DNA of 63,985 bases, filler included, from Trichomonas gallinae (lineage: Eukaryota): NCBI GenBank assembly GCA_008369845.1. It is 6 parts of 6 records of this genome, joined end to end, with 100 filler letters (N's around TTAATTAATTAA, not from the genome) between each part and the next. Parts side by side here need not be neighbours in the genome. Positions count along the whole stretch, not along the records: positions 8,839 to 24,539 come from MRSU01000663.1; positions 24,640 to 37,001 come from MRSU01000665.1; 4 more parts are not named here. The stretch is one strand, 5' to 3'. A program made the position numbers and the translations under genes. The notes beneath the pieces were generated by a model. That model was not told where the DNA came from. It saw nothing but the letters and a program-made list of their open reading frames with translations, and ran no database searches. Each line of letters starts with the position of its first letter. Position 1 is the stretch's first letter. This document shows, one piece after another, positions 22,011 to 32,778 of the stretch.

Positions 22011-22397
22011 AGTATCAAAATAATGTTAAAAAATGATGGAAAATCACAACTCATGAAATATTCTAACTATGTACATCTAAATATGTAATATGCGTGACTA
22101 ACAAACTTCAATTTCAATAGTTCATTTATTGAATTTAAAAATAATCTAAGATTTAGTTTGCGCAAGAATGCAAGCTTTGCGTAAAGATATAGAGCATTAG
22201 GACCAAACTTGTAATGGCTTCATTATAAATTTTATAACTCTTGATTTTTAAGCTATAGATAAATTATAAATCCGTAATGACCAATGATAACAGATCGTTT
22301 AGATTTAATGATTGGTACTGGTTATTTTGTTTTTTGTTGGTTCTGTGTCTGAGTTTTTCGACGAGTTTTTTTGTGCTGATATGTCACTTTTGTATTA

Positions 22398-23423
22398 ATG
22401 CAAGAAATTAAAACAACATTATCAGGAATCCCAGTAAAGTTCACCAATCACGAAATTGTTGTTGCTGGAGTTTCCTACAGATTCACTAGTGAATTTGAAG
22501 AAGAAGTTGTCTATTGGACTCCTTCTATCTCCGGACATTTCATTTCGGTGATCAATAGCAGTGGCGAGTTGTTTTTAATTACTCTTGGCGATTTAGATAG
22601 CTTATACGTTGATCAAATAACATCAAATAGAAGATTTAAATATACACAATTCACTTGTAACGAAACAATTCTTATTGCTCTTACAGACAACAACATTATA
22701 CAGTTTTACAAAGTCCTTTTACCAGAATTTTTATCCGAATTTAATTTTGATTTTGATAATATTGCAACAGAGTTCGAAATTATGGAGGCCAATGGCATTC
22801 TTAGGATATCTAATGTAGTAGAAGGAGTTAAAAGACATAAATGCTTTTATATACCAGAAAATTATAGAGATAGCACAGGAATAACTCCTTTAGTTGAAGC
22901 AGATGATTCATATTGCTCATTATTTGAACCAGAGTTACCAAAAATCGAACAATTTATTGAAGAAAAAGAAGTTGAACAAGATGATGGCTTGAGTGAGCTT
23001 CCACAAAAGAAATCATTAGAAGAAGCTGCACAACTTCTTCTTGCAAAGAATGAAGAACTTCATCGCAAGCAGCAAGAGCTTATCAATCGTCGTAATGCAT
23101 TAGCTCAACTTATCAGAGACTTAAAGCAGCGTGGAGATAACATTCAAAGACGTGAAGATGCTATACGTAAGAGAGCTACAAGTCTTTATTATAGAATTCA
23201 GAAATTGATCGAATCAAGAGAAAATTCCGCAGAAGTTGATAGACTTTCAGATAAGTTTACTGATGCAGAGAAAACTCTTAGGAAACTTAATTTAGAGGAT
23301 TTGAACGCTGAAGCAGATCCAACTATTGTAGCTGCGCTAAGAGCTTGCGATTTCCCAAGCAAACTTGATAGAATAGAGAAAGAAATAAATTCACGTATAG
23401 AACAGCAAGGAGGCAATAACTGA
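22398..23423 (+). CDS. Beta-rich N-terminus plus C-terminal coiled coil; possible Nup88/Nup82-like nucleoporin
   Basis: Inr TCACTT at 22384; LIALTDNNIIQFY resembles Nup88 VVLLTSDNVIRIY; heptad-rich C-terminus. The ORF is secure, the family call is tentative. Confidence 0.5.
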   Translation: MQEIKTTLSGIPVKFTNHEIVVAGVSYRFTSEFEEEVVYWTPSISGHFISVINSSGELFLITLGDLDSLYVDQITSNRRFKYTQFTCNETILIALTDNNIIQFYKVLLPEFLSEFNFDFDNIATEFEIMEANGILRISNVVEGVKRHKCFYIPENYRDSTGITPLVEADDSYCSLFEPELPKIEQFIEEKEVEQDDGLSELPQKKSLEEAAQLLLAKNEELHRKQQELINRRNALAQLIRDLKQRGDNIQRREDAIRKRATSLYYRIQKLIESRENSAEVDRLSDKFTDAEKTLRKLNLEDLNAEADPTIVAALRACDFPSKLDRIEKEINSRIEQQGGNN

Positions 23424-23740
23424 TATATTAGTTTTATTCGAATAAATATATTTTTATCATTATTTTATTTTTTTACAGCTTGGATGTTTTCAACGCATTA
23501 GATTTGGTTATATGGATTGTAACCAATTGTATTTTTTAATTTATTAAAAATGAAAAATTAAAAATGAATTAACAAATTCTATTTTGAGTTTTATGAAGGA
23601 TAGTAAGCTAATACATATCTATGTAACGTTCAAAGCTCGATTAAGGAATAATTTGAAATTAAATTTCTATTATTTCTAATATATTTTTGATATATGCAAT
23701 TAATTTTGTAACAATAATACAATATTCGTATTAGTAAGTG

Positions 23741-24025
23741 TTATTTTGGTCTTGGAGAAGGTTTTGGCTTTGCATGTTCATCATCTGTAATTTTGAGTGA
23801 TTGTTCATAAGCTACTCTATAAATATCTCTTTTGAGCATATCAATTAGTTGCATTCTAGCCTTAATTGCTTCTATAAGTTCGGATTTTTCATTTTCCATA
23901 TCTTTTACTTGCTGCATGAGCTCTTTTTCGTTCTCTTTACTTGCATGCTTAATTTTCTCAATCGACTCCTTCACTTCATCAATTTTCTGGCGCAACTCTT
24001 CTTCATTTAAATCATCAATGCTCAT
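23741..24025 (-). CDS. Small coiled-coil hypothetical protein
   Basis: 94-aa E/K-rich ORF with AAAAAATG start context and AAAAGTGAC upstream (24063-24071). Confidence 0.75.
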   Translation of the reverse strand: MSIDDLNEEELRQKIDEVKESIEKIKHASKENEKELMQQVKDMENEKSELIEAIKARMQLIDMLKRDIYRVAYEQSLKITDDEHAKPKPSPRPK

Positions 24026-24100
24026 TTTTTATTTATTTACAGGGTACCCCCTTATTTCCCTCGTCACTTTTTACGATTCGTTAATATGTCACGTTTATTT

Positions 24101-24205
24101 ACGAGTCATTATTTTTGAATTTCGAGTGATTATTTTTGTGTTACGAGTTATTTGTTTACAATTACGAGTCATTTCTTTTCAACTACGTCTCATTTCCACT
24201 CAATT
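24101..24205. repeat. 21-bp-period minisatellite, 5 copies
   Basis: ACGAGTCATT-type core at 24101, 24122, 24143, 24164, 24185 with variable T-rich second halves. Confidence 0.85.
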
Positions 24206-24539
24206 GGTACCAATTCGGAATCGGAGCTTCCCATTTAATATTTTTTATTTAATGAGAGTCACTCTCATTTGATTATCTTGTATTTAATGGTTAGCAACAT
24301 TTTTCGATACCAGTTTCGTTGTAACTAGAATGATTTTCAATATTAATTCCAAAAGGATGTCATCCTTTGAGCAGTTAAATGTAAAAATGTGTAATTCTTC
24401 GACATAAGCTTGTGAGATGTTTTCAAATAAAAAAAAAAAATATATGAAACATTTGTGTAAAGTAGTATATGATGCGGGCTACTTGCCATTCTAGATATAG
24501 AGGATGTATCCCAACAACGATATTTAGACTACATATCCG

Positions 24540-24639
24540 NNNNNNNNNNNNNNNNNNNNNNNNNNNNNNNNNNNNNNNNNNNNTTAATTAATTAANNNNN
24601 NNNNNNNNNNNNNNNNNNNNNNNNNNNNNNNNNNNNNNN
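24540..24639. other. Artificial contig linker
   Basis: N44-TTAATTAATTAA-N44. Confidence 0.98.
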
Positions 24640-24855
24640 AACGACGAAAAATGGGATTATTCTGTGTATCTACCTCCAGCTAGTATTGGAATGAAGATCA
24701 TTTGGTTCATCACCAGAGGTTGGTCACATTATTCTAATCAGCGTGTTGATCCAGATAGATTTGCTAAAGCATTCGAAGTCGCAGCATACTATGCCGCTAA
24801 TGAAAAATGGCCTGATCCTGCTAAATACGATGCTTTCATTGATATATTAAATTGA
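24640..24855 (+). CDS. 3' end of an unidentified gene truncated by the gap
   Basis: Protein-like tail ...SVYLPPASIGMKIIWFITRGWSHYSNQRVDPDRFAKAFEVAAYYAANEKWPDPAKYDAFIDILN* beginning at the contig edge. Confidence 0.5.
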   Translation, partial: NDEKWDYSVYLPPASIGMKIIWFITRGWSHYSNQRVDPDRFAKAFEVAAYYAANEKWPDPAKYDAFIDILN

Positions 24856-25707
24856 TGGTGTTCAAAAATTTAAGGGGTACCTTTGAATGGTTTACATTTT
24901 TGACTTGCAAAGCTTATCCTACCCCAACACTTGACTTTCCTGCAAGACATTATTAGGCAAAATATCTCCATAATAGTCATTGCTTATAATGAAATGATAA
25001 TGAAATTTATTTGAAGATTATTTCTCAAAACATAATATCATCATTCATAATCATGTTATATTAATGTGTGATTGCCACTAGCTACCAAATTAATGTAATT
25101 ATAATTGCCTCTTTAACAAGATGGATGATTTGGCAATTTTGACATCAAATTTTAGAATGTGCAAAAACTGGTAAAGCATCCTAATTCATTGTAAACTTAT
25201 AATATGTGCATAGGGTCCAGTCTAGAGGGCAAATTTAATGTTTTGTGGGAAAAAAATCCTTTTGATTCTTCATATGATTCCTTATATATCTGTGAAATAT
25301 GAAATTTTAATGCATTTAATTCATAATTCATAGTTTTCTATCTTATCATTTTTTGAATTTAGAGATCTGAGATTCACTTATGATGATCTACTGATCCAAC
25401 TAAGCCATTACATGCTATGAATCATGAACTGTATATTTTCGCACTAAATGACATTTATTTCTATGGGTGAAACACTTCAGAAATGAAGTTGAGAGAAATA
25501 ATCCATATTTTGAAAAGCTGATCTAAAATATCGAAGCAATATAATCTACTGATGACATATTTTGAATATTATCAAAAGCTTAGATTTTAAAGTGTGAAAT
25601 GTACTTTATATGATGTATAGACATGAAATATAATTAAATCGAAAATTCTGCCGATTATTTTCCACACAATTTTTTTGGCCAAGAAAAAAAAAATTAAAAT
25701 AAGGTAG

Positions 25708-27636
25708 ATGTCTAAATCAACACTCACGACATTAGAAGATCTCTTGACAGCTGGCTTCTTCTGGGTCCCAGCTTTCGAAATCTACAACTCTGTCTCCGGT
25801 TTGTACGACCTCGGTCCAAATGGCGTTTTACTCGAAAATAACCTCCTCGACAAGTGGAAGAAGCACTTCATGCTCAGAGATGACATGTTGCCAGTCCGCT
25901 GCCCAGCTCTGACACCACGCCCAGTCTTAGATGCATCTGGCCACACAGCCAAGTTCTCTGATTACATGTTGACCGACAAGGTCAACTCTCAGCTCTACAG
26001 AGCCGACCAGTACATCTCTGGCGTCCTCAAGGCACGCGCTGAGAAGGAGAAAGACCAGGCTAAGATGCATCAGCTCTTGAAGGATGCTGAAGACGTCGAC
26101 GGCATGACACGTGAGCAGCTCATCGACATCATGGCCAAGTACGAAATCAAGTCTCCAGAAGGCAACGAGCTTTCAACACCAGAGGCATTCAATCTTATGT
26201 TCGGCACACGTGTTGGCCCAGGCGCTCGCTCCATCGAGGCCTACCTCAGACCAGAAACAGCTCAGGGCATCTTCACAGACTTCATCCGCCTCTACCAGCA
26301 GAACCGCGCATCTCTTCCATTCGCTGCTGTCCAGATCGGCTCTGGCTACCGTAACGAAATCAGCCCACGTAACGGTCTCGTCCGCTGCCGTGAATTCATG
26401 ATGGCTGAAATCGAGCACTTCGCTGATCCAGAAAAGATCAACGATTTCCCGAAGTTCGACCGCGTCAAGGATCTCGAGGTCACACTCTTCCCAGATTACC
26501 TCCAGGAAGAGGAAGATGAGACAAAGCGCGTCACAATCCGCATGAAGCTCGAAGATGCTCTCAACAAGGGCATCATTTCCCACAGAACACTCGGCTACTA
26601 CATGGGCCGTGTCTACCAGTTCCTCCTCGAGATCGGCATCCAGCCAGAATCAATCAGATTCAGAAAGCACCGCAAGAACGAGAAGGCTCACTACTCCAAG
26701 GAGTGCTGGGATGCTGAAATCTACACAGAGTCGCTCGGCTGGCTCGAATGCGTTGGCATCGCTGACAGACAATCATACGATCTTACACAGCACATCAAGT
26801 TCTCCAACAAGGAGCAGATCTACTGCACAGCTGAGCTCGAGACACCAGTCAAGGAGCACCACCTCTCCATCCAGGGTGTCAAGGCTCACTTAGGCAAGGC
26901 TTACGGCAAGGATCTCCCAGCCATCACAGCTGCCCTCGAGAAGCTTACAGACGACGAGGTCAAGGCCATCCAGGCCAAGGTTGCTGAAGGCGAGAAGCTC
27001 CTCAGCGAAAAGCCAACACCAAAGAACGTCGTCAAGATCATTGCCGCTTTAAGTCCAGAAGACAAGGCTAAGTTCGAGGAACTTACAAACATCACAGTCG
27101 CTGACAAGGTCCTCAGCTACCCAATGTACAACATCGTCGATGAAATCAGAGAGATCAAGCTCCGCAAGTTCGTTCCAAACGTCATCGAGCCATCGTTCGG
27201 TGTCGGCAGAATCATGACATGCTTGCTCGAGCAGGCCTTCACAATCAGAGACGACCGCAGAATCCTCAGATTCAAGCCATTCATGGCTCCATACAAGGTC
27301 GCCGTCTGCCCAGTCACAAACAAGATCCCAGCTGACCTCGTCGAGGACATCCACTTCCAGCTCACAGAGCGCGAACTCATGAACAAGGTCGAGAACTCAT
27401 CCATCTCCATCGGTAAGAAGTACTCCAGATCCGATGAGATCGGTATCCCATTTGCCATCGCCCTCGATAACCAGACAGTCGAGGACAAGACAGTCACACT
27501 CAGAGAGCGTGACTCAATGAAGCAGGTCAGAGGCTCAATCCAGCAGATCATCGATGCTATCGTCGCCATGGTCAACGGCACTGCTTGGGAAGTCGCCACA
27601 AAGGATCTTCCAGCTTTCGACCGCCCAGAGGCTTAA
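25708..27636 (+). CDS. GlyRS: Glycyl-tRNA synthetase (class II, eukaryotic homodimeric type)
   Basis: GLYDLGPNG, FNLMFGT, YLRPETAQGIF, RNEISPRNGLVRCREFMMAEIEHF, AHYSKECWDAE, VIEPSFGVGR, SIGKKYSRSDEIGIPF; strong C-ending codon bias. Confidence 0.99.
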   Translation: MSKSTLTTLEDLLTAGFFWVPAFEIYNSVSGLYDLGPNGVLLENNLLDKWKKHFMLRDDMLPVRCPALTPRPVLDASGHTAKFSDYMLTDKVNSQLYRADQYISGVLKARAEKEKDQAKMHQLLKDAEDVDGMTREQLIDIMAKYEIKSPEGNELSTPEAFNLMFGTRVGPGARSIEAYLRPETAQGIFTDFIRLYQQNRASLPFAAVQIGSGYRNEISPRNGLVRCREFMMAEIEHFADPEKINDFPKFDRVKDLEVTLFPDYLQEEEDETKRVTIRMKLEDALNKGIISHRTLGYYMGRVYQFLLEIGIQPESIRFRKHRKNEKAHYSKECWDAEIYTESLGWLECVGIADRQSYDLTQHIKFSNKEQIYCTAELETPVKEHHLSIQGVKAHLGKAYGKDLPAITAALEKLTDDEVKAIQAKVAEGEKLLSEKPTPKNVVKIIAALSPEDKAKFEELTNITVADKVLSYPMYNIVDEIREIKLRKFVPNVIEPSFGVGRIMTCLLEQAFTIRDDRRILRFKPFMAPYKVAVCPVTNKIPADLVEDIHFQLTERELMNKVENSSISIGKKYSRSDEIGIPFAIALDNQTVEDKTVTLRERDSMKQVRGSIQQIIDAIVAMVNGTAWEVATKDLPAFDRPEA

Positions 27637-27814
27637 GTACATAGATCAATAAAAAACTTATGATTATCGCTTTTATTCTAATTATATTTACTTTATTACA
27701 TTAAATAGCAAAAAAAAAAAAGTAATTAATAAACAATAAAACTTAGGATGGATGAGGTAATGTAGTATGAAATATGAAAATATTGCAATATAAACAAGAT
27801 TTTAATCAAACAAT

Positions 27815-30172
27815 TTATTTGATGAGTTCTTCGAATGAAATTGTTGTTATTGTCTTCTTCTCATATTTCTGCTGGAGTCCGTTGGCGACATCTGGATTGT
27901 TCCTGCACTCATCGACGAGTGCTTTGTGTGCCTTCTTTATTGTGTCATCCCTGTACCCGTGTTCTCTGCTTGTTACGTCAGGCAGCATCAAAATATCAGA
28001 GATGATCTTGAAAGCTTTTGTTCTCTCTCTTCCAAAACTGCTCGGCTTCTTCAAAACTTGCAGCAAATACCTCAGTCCATCATCGCACAGGTCTAAAACT
28101 GGCTTAAATGGCATCTCTAGTGTTACAAGATTAATTAGAACATTTTCGTTGACATTGACGTTCTTAACGTTATATAATATCATAACAATACATGCTGCGT
28201 AAGACAAACCAGGTCCGAGATCTTCTCCTTTTCTCGGATGATCATATATCGCTACAACTCTTTCCACAGCGTTATACAAGCTCTGCAAATCCAGTCCATC
28301 TGTTGTCTCTTTGACCATCAAATACAAAATCTCCAAAACAGTCTGGTGGACTTTGATGTAAGAAACATCTAAGTCATTCAAAACTTCGCAAAACTTTTCC
28401 TGGCATAATTCAGCCAATCTTCTCGGAACAATTTCATTCCTGAAGCATGAAGCAAGAGGCCTCACAATATTCTTCAATTGCTTGTTGGAGGCATCAGGCA
28501 ACCACTGTGCAAGAGTCTTTGCCAAATTCAAACAATCGCCAGGATATTTTTCTATGAATATTTCCAGGAAGTGGAAAATCGGAAAAGTGTTCTCTACAGC
28601 GACTATGATTGGGGAACATGGCAGTGTGTTAGTCGATATCATCTCTATTATGTTAGAAAATGCAGAAGACTCGAATTCGAAGTTCCTTATCAACGCTTTT
28701 AACGCTTTAAACATCGCGACGACGACATCTACATCTTTGTCAGTTTCGATGATTCCGATTATTGACGCGCTGACTTCAGACAAGCAAGTCACTGCAACCA
28801 TGACGTCTAAGTGAACAATCATATCTGCACCACAAATGGACAGGCGCTTATCTGAGTCGTTCATCAAGTAATCGGCTGATTTTGTTATCGGCTCTCTCAA
28901 AATGTGCTGATCTCCGGAACCAACCATAATCGACAAACTTTTCGCGATGATTAGTTTTTCGTCGATGTCTAAATTATCTGTTTCTAGGCTCTTTAATATC
29001 TCAGGGACGATCTCTGATATCTTTTCGGCTCCCCTAGGTCCAACAAGCGAAGAAATCGAGCAAATAAAAGCGGAAATTCCTGGATAAGCGTGAACCAATT
29101 TTCTCGCAACAAAATTTCTCGCTATTTTCAGCTCCTGCTTGTAGAACTCTTTGATTGACTCTTCAACAGCATCTATTACTGATGCCTGACAGCAGAAAGC
29201 ATAGCTAAGCTCGTAATCGTTAATATCTGGTGAAATAATGATTTCATGCAGCATTTTTGCTAAATTGAAAATTAAATCGACTTGTAGTTCTTCATTTTCA
29301 TCGGGTTTCGTGTACCATGAAAGAATAGAGTATATTCTATTCAAGTTCTTTGTTGCTATCTTTGTTCTGTTTTCTATGAAGACTTTCATGTAAAATTCAT
29401 TCAAGTAGAATTCTTTTGTCATCATTGATCGAATCACTGAGTCATATGCTATGTGGGATATTTCATCATCATCTACGTTCATCAATGAAATGAATTTTTG
29501 GAACAAATCTTCAGATATCATGTCGCATTTCGAATTTTCGCACAAATGTTGAGCTAAATGACAAGCAATCGAAACGCTTAAAGTTTTTCCATTTAGTAAT
29601 GAGTTTAATGACTCGTAAACTAAGTCATAACATTCATCGACTTGTGATAAAGACGGAAAAATTGTCATCATTACCAAGATCATTGGATTTTCATACGTTT
29701 TACCCACAATCATTCTAAACTCTTCAATTACTTTTCTGGAGACTTCTTCATTTAGATTGTCGTATAACGCAAAATCGTTGATGATATCATACGGAATATT
29801 TTTTCTATTGTCTGTGAATGCTGAAAGGATTTCTACCATGCTTAAACATACTTTTACAATATTTTCATCGCTGTAATATGGAAGTAATTTGAATATTGAG
29901 TAAGATGCTTCATATCTTTGGTCAACTTGAATCTGTGGATCGGAAAAATTATTAACAATCGCATCAAGAGTCTTGTATTTTTTGTTTCTTAGGTCTGGAT
30001 TTAGCATAAATATTTCCTTTATTAAAGATGAAACTTTTTCCATCTCATCTGCCTGTTTATTTGACTGGAAAATCGACTTCCAAATAGGATCCATGTCTAG
30101 GGTCCTAATAGAGGCCCTTCCAGCTGTTGTTAGAAGGTCTGAAAGATTTTTTATTAAACCTTCTAAACTCAT
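27815..30172 (-). CDS. HEAT/ARM-repeat protein (importin-beta-like solenoid)
   Basis: 785-aa helical repeat protein; ATG at 30172; AAAAAGTGAC upstream at ~30203-30212. Confidence 0.65.
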   Translation of the reverse strand: MSLEGLIKNLSDLLTTAGRASIRTLDMDPIWKSIFQSNKQADEMEKVSSLIKEIFMLNPDLRNKKYKTLDAIVNNFSDPQIQVDQRYEASYSIFKLLPYYSDENIVKVCLSMVEILSAFTDNRKNIPYDIINDFALYDNLNEEVSRKVIEEFRMIVGKTYENPMILVMMTIFPSLSQVDECYDLVYESLNSLLNGKTLSVSIACHLAQHLCENSKCDMISEDLFQKFISLMNVDDDEISHIAYDSVIRSMMTKEFYLNEFYMKVFIENRTKIATKNLNRIYSILSWYTKPDENEELQVDLIFNLAKMLHEIIISPDINDYELSYAFCCQASVIDAVEESIKEFYKQELKIARNFVARKLVHAYPGISAFICSISSLVGPRGAEKISEIVPEILKSLETDNLDIDEKLIIAKSLSIMVGSGDQHILREPITKSADYLMNDSDKRLSICGADMIVHLDVMVAVTCLSEVSASIIGIIETDKDVDVVVAMFKALKALIRNFEFESSAFSNIIEMISTNTLPCSPIIVAVENTFPIFHFLEIFIEKYPGDCLNLAKTLAQWLPDASNKQLKNIVRPLASCFRNEIVPRRLAELCQEKFCEVLNDLDVSYIKVHQTVLEILYLMVKETTDGLDLQSLYNAVERVVAIYDHPRKGEDLGPGLSYAACIVMILYNVKNVNVNENVLINLVTLEMPFKPVLDLCDDGLRYLLQVLKKPSSFGRERTKAFKIISDILMLPDVTSREHGYRDDTIKKAHKALVDECRNNPDVANGLQQKYEKKTITTISFEELIK

Positions 30173-30404
30173 CAAAAAGTGCACGTTTATTTATATTTTT
30201 GTGTCACTTTTTGAGCAGCGGATTTCCTCTTTATTTATAACTCAATCCCGCAATTTATGTTTTCCTTAGTTATTAAAATGGTGTAATATAGAGATGTATA
30301 GTTTCATTTTTTTCCAATATAACTTTAGGTCATTCTTTATATTTTCTCATTTTATATAAGTTTGTAAAATAATTTTGTTTATTCATATTGTGCTAAGTTT
30401 GAGC

Positions 30405-30560
30405 ACCTTAATGAAAAACACATCCGTTGACATCTATTCCAGGTACTGAGAGAAGCAGTTTGACAACTTCATGTTGACCTTTTGTTGAAGCACAAATCAA
30501 AGCTGTTTTGTTTTCACTGTCTTTTGCGTTGACATCAGAATGATATGATTAAAAAAATTC
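30405..30560 (-). pseudogene. Ankyrin-repeat fragment
   Basis: Minus-strand SDVNAKDSENKTALICASTKGQHEVVKLLLSVPGIDVN, a clear ankyrin repeat flanked by disruptions. Confidence 0.8.
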
Positions 30561-31145
30561 TCATCAGAAACGATATCAGATGCTTGAGATAATGATTATA
30601 TAAATGATTTCGACTCTTAACATTATTTGCAATAAATTTTAAACCAAATAAACCATTCCAAGCATTTTATACTAAAAACATCGATATAATTAGTTTAGTA
30701 AAATATGTTTATTGTATATCTTAAGATTGGTAGAAATTATCCAAAGATATTTCACTTTTTATTCGCTATTTGTCCTCATCAAATTGATTTTTAATCCCGT
30801 ATAGATATTTTTATTTATTCTTTACGTATTTTAGGCAATTTTGAGCAAAAAATTTGCTCAAATTAGAAAAATTGATTTTATGACGTTGGATAATGTAACC
30901 ATGATATAAAGTATAAATATAGCTAATATACAAGTATTTGAGCGAAAGTAATGCAAAATTAAAAATATTTCTGAAGTTGATCCGAAAAAATATCGTTTTT
31001 TGAAGATAAGTCAAGGAAAAGATTGGAAATCGATGGGAATTGGTTTCAACTAGGAGCTGCGAATTGATAAAAATTAGATTTTTTTGTTCACATAAAACTT
31101 AAAATATCGAAAAGCTTTAATCGAAGAAATATAAAAATCACCTAT

Positions 31146-31712
31146 TTAGATAAGATCGCAAATCTTTTTCTTTGGCTTAAGAGCAAACTTCATAGCAGCA
31201 TCGAAGACTTCCTTGACACCCTCTTGTTTAATGGCAGAGCACTCTACGTAGCCGATGGCCTTGATTTCATTGGCAAGCTTCTCACCGTTCTGGTGAGTAA
31301 CTGGTGTCTTACCTGTCTGAGCGAGAGACTGGAGTGTGGCATCGTCAGATCTAAGGTCAGACTTTGTTCCGACGAGAAGGTAGACTGGGTTCTGAACGTG
31401 CTTCTTAAGTTCCTTGAGCCAGATATTTTGAACGTTCTCGAAAGAGTTTGGATCGCAGACGGAGAAGCAAACAAGGAAAACGTCAGTGTTTGTGTATGAA
31501 AGAATACGAATATTTTCGAGTTCCTCCTGGCCTGCAGTATCCCAGAGCTGAAGGTGAACCTCTTCACCGTTTACTTCGAGATGGACAACATAGTTGTCGA
31601 AAACTGTTGGAACGTACTCCGGAGGAATCTCCTTCTTGGCATAAGACCAGAGTAAGCATGTTTTTCCGACAGCACCATCGCCAACAACGACAACCTTCAA
31701 GTTCTTTGGCAT
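31146..31712 (-). CDS. Rho/Rac-family small GTPase
   Basis: GDGAVGKT, YVPTVFDNY, LWDTAGQE, TKSD, ECSA; polybasic tail plus CAAX-like KKKICDLI. Confidence 0.97.
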   Translation of the reverse strand: MPKNLKVVVVGDGAVGKTCLLWSYAKKEIPPEYVPTVFDNYVVHLEVNGEEVHLQLWDTAGQEELENIRILSYTNTDVFLVCFSVCDPNSFENVQNIWLKELKKHVQNPVYLLVGTKSDLRSDDATLQSLAQTGKTPVTHQNGEKLANEIKAIGYVECSAIKQEGVKEVFDAAMKFALKPKKKICDLI

Positions 31713-32778
31713 TATATGAAATGATGTTAGATTCGGCGGTTAGTCCACATTTTGTGTTAAACCGTCATTTCTTGTTCTTTTCTTATTTTCTTGTGCGCAA
31801 TGCAGTATTTCTCTGTTTGGACCCATATTTCGCATTTAAAAATGGTTGGGGACAATTTTTTCTTTTTTTTATTTTCATTAATATTTTTACTATGCGTGCT
31901 TGGTTACGGCGTCAGGAAGAGCCAAGTATCAAATTAAGACAATTACTGTGGTTGAAAATTATTCATTTTTCTAGCTCGCGTTTTTGCTTGGTATTCCAGT
32001 GTCATTAGACTGAGGACAGACTCGCTAAACATGCAGCTTTCAATGCCAGGACATGAAAGTCTTTATTACTCCTAAAAATTAATGCAGAATTATTTCGATT
32101 TGACTTTGGCAATCCATTGTTGACGTACCCAACAAATATATCAAGAGGATAGGAAAATTGATATGCAATTTCTCATCCGCAGTCATTATCGAAAATAATT
32201 GATATGATATGATTTGCTTAAGAAAGTTTCCTCCATTATTATTTGCATTCAATAATGCCAAATAATAGAATTACATATCCTAATACTACTGAAATACTAT
32301 TTTTTAATATCATATATTCAATTCGTGTAGATATTGCTGTCAGAGCATTCCTACAGTATTTTTGATTATAACTATACTCTACGATCATAATAGTTCAAGA
32401 TATTCTCCCTTGTAAATTAAACAATACAAATTATAATGGTTTTGAACCAAATATCTTACGGATTCTAGCATTAGCTTGTCATATATGTGCTTAATATTAT
32501 TGGTTCACAATCCATTTCTGAATTAATTATAATTTGAAATATGAAATGTCTTTGGTTAATAATAAAAAAGCGTAATTTTAAAAGAGTAAATCTTGCTATG
32601 AATAAATATTGGTTCATAATTGATAAAACAATAACAACAAATTAGGAGATCTGAAATTTTGACTGAATGTTCGCAGAACTCATGCGAATTTCTCCGACAA
32701 AGAGTGGAATATATAAAAACAGAAAGATAGATGTTTAAAACTAATAACAAAAAAAGGTATGCTTGCATGTCTAAGACA

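Noticed and set aside
24101..24205. CRISPR-like repeat-spacer array or the 23832-24272 ORF as a gene
   Set aside because: The 21-bp period is too short and the variable parts are related to each other; the ORF is the antisense shadow of 23741-24025 extended through the minisatellite.
26111..27599. Overlapping alternative-frame and antisense ORFs in GlyRS (and similarly in VPS13, the Hsp70, the permease and the coiled-coil gene)
   Set aside because: Explained by codon bias of the real gene suppressing stops in other frames; products are Ser-rich with no motifs.
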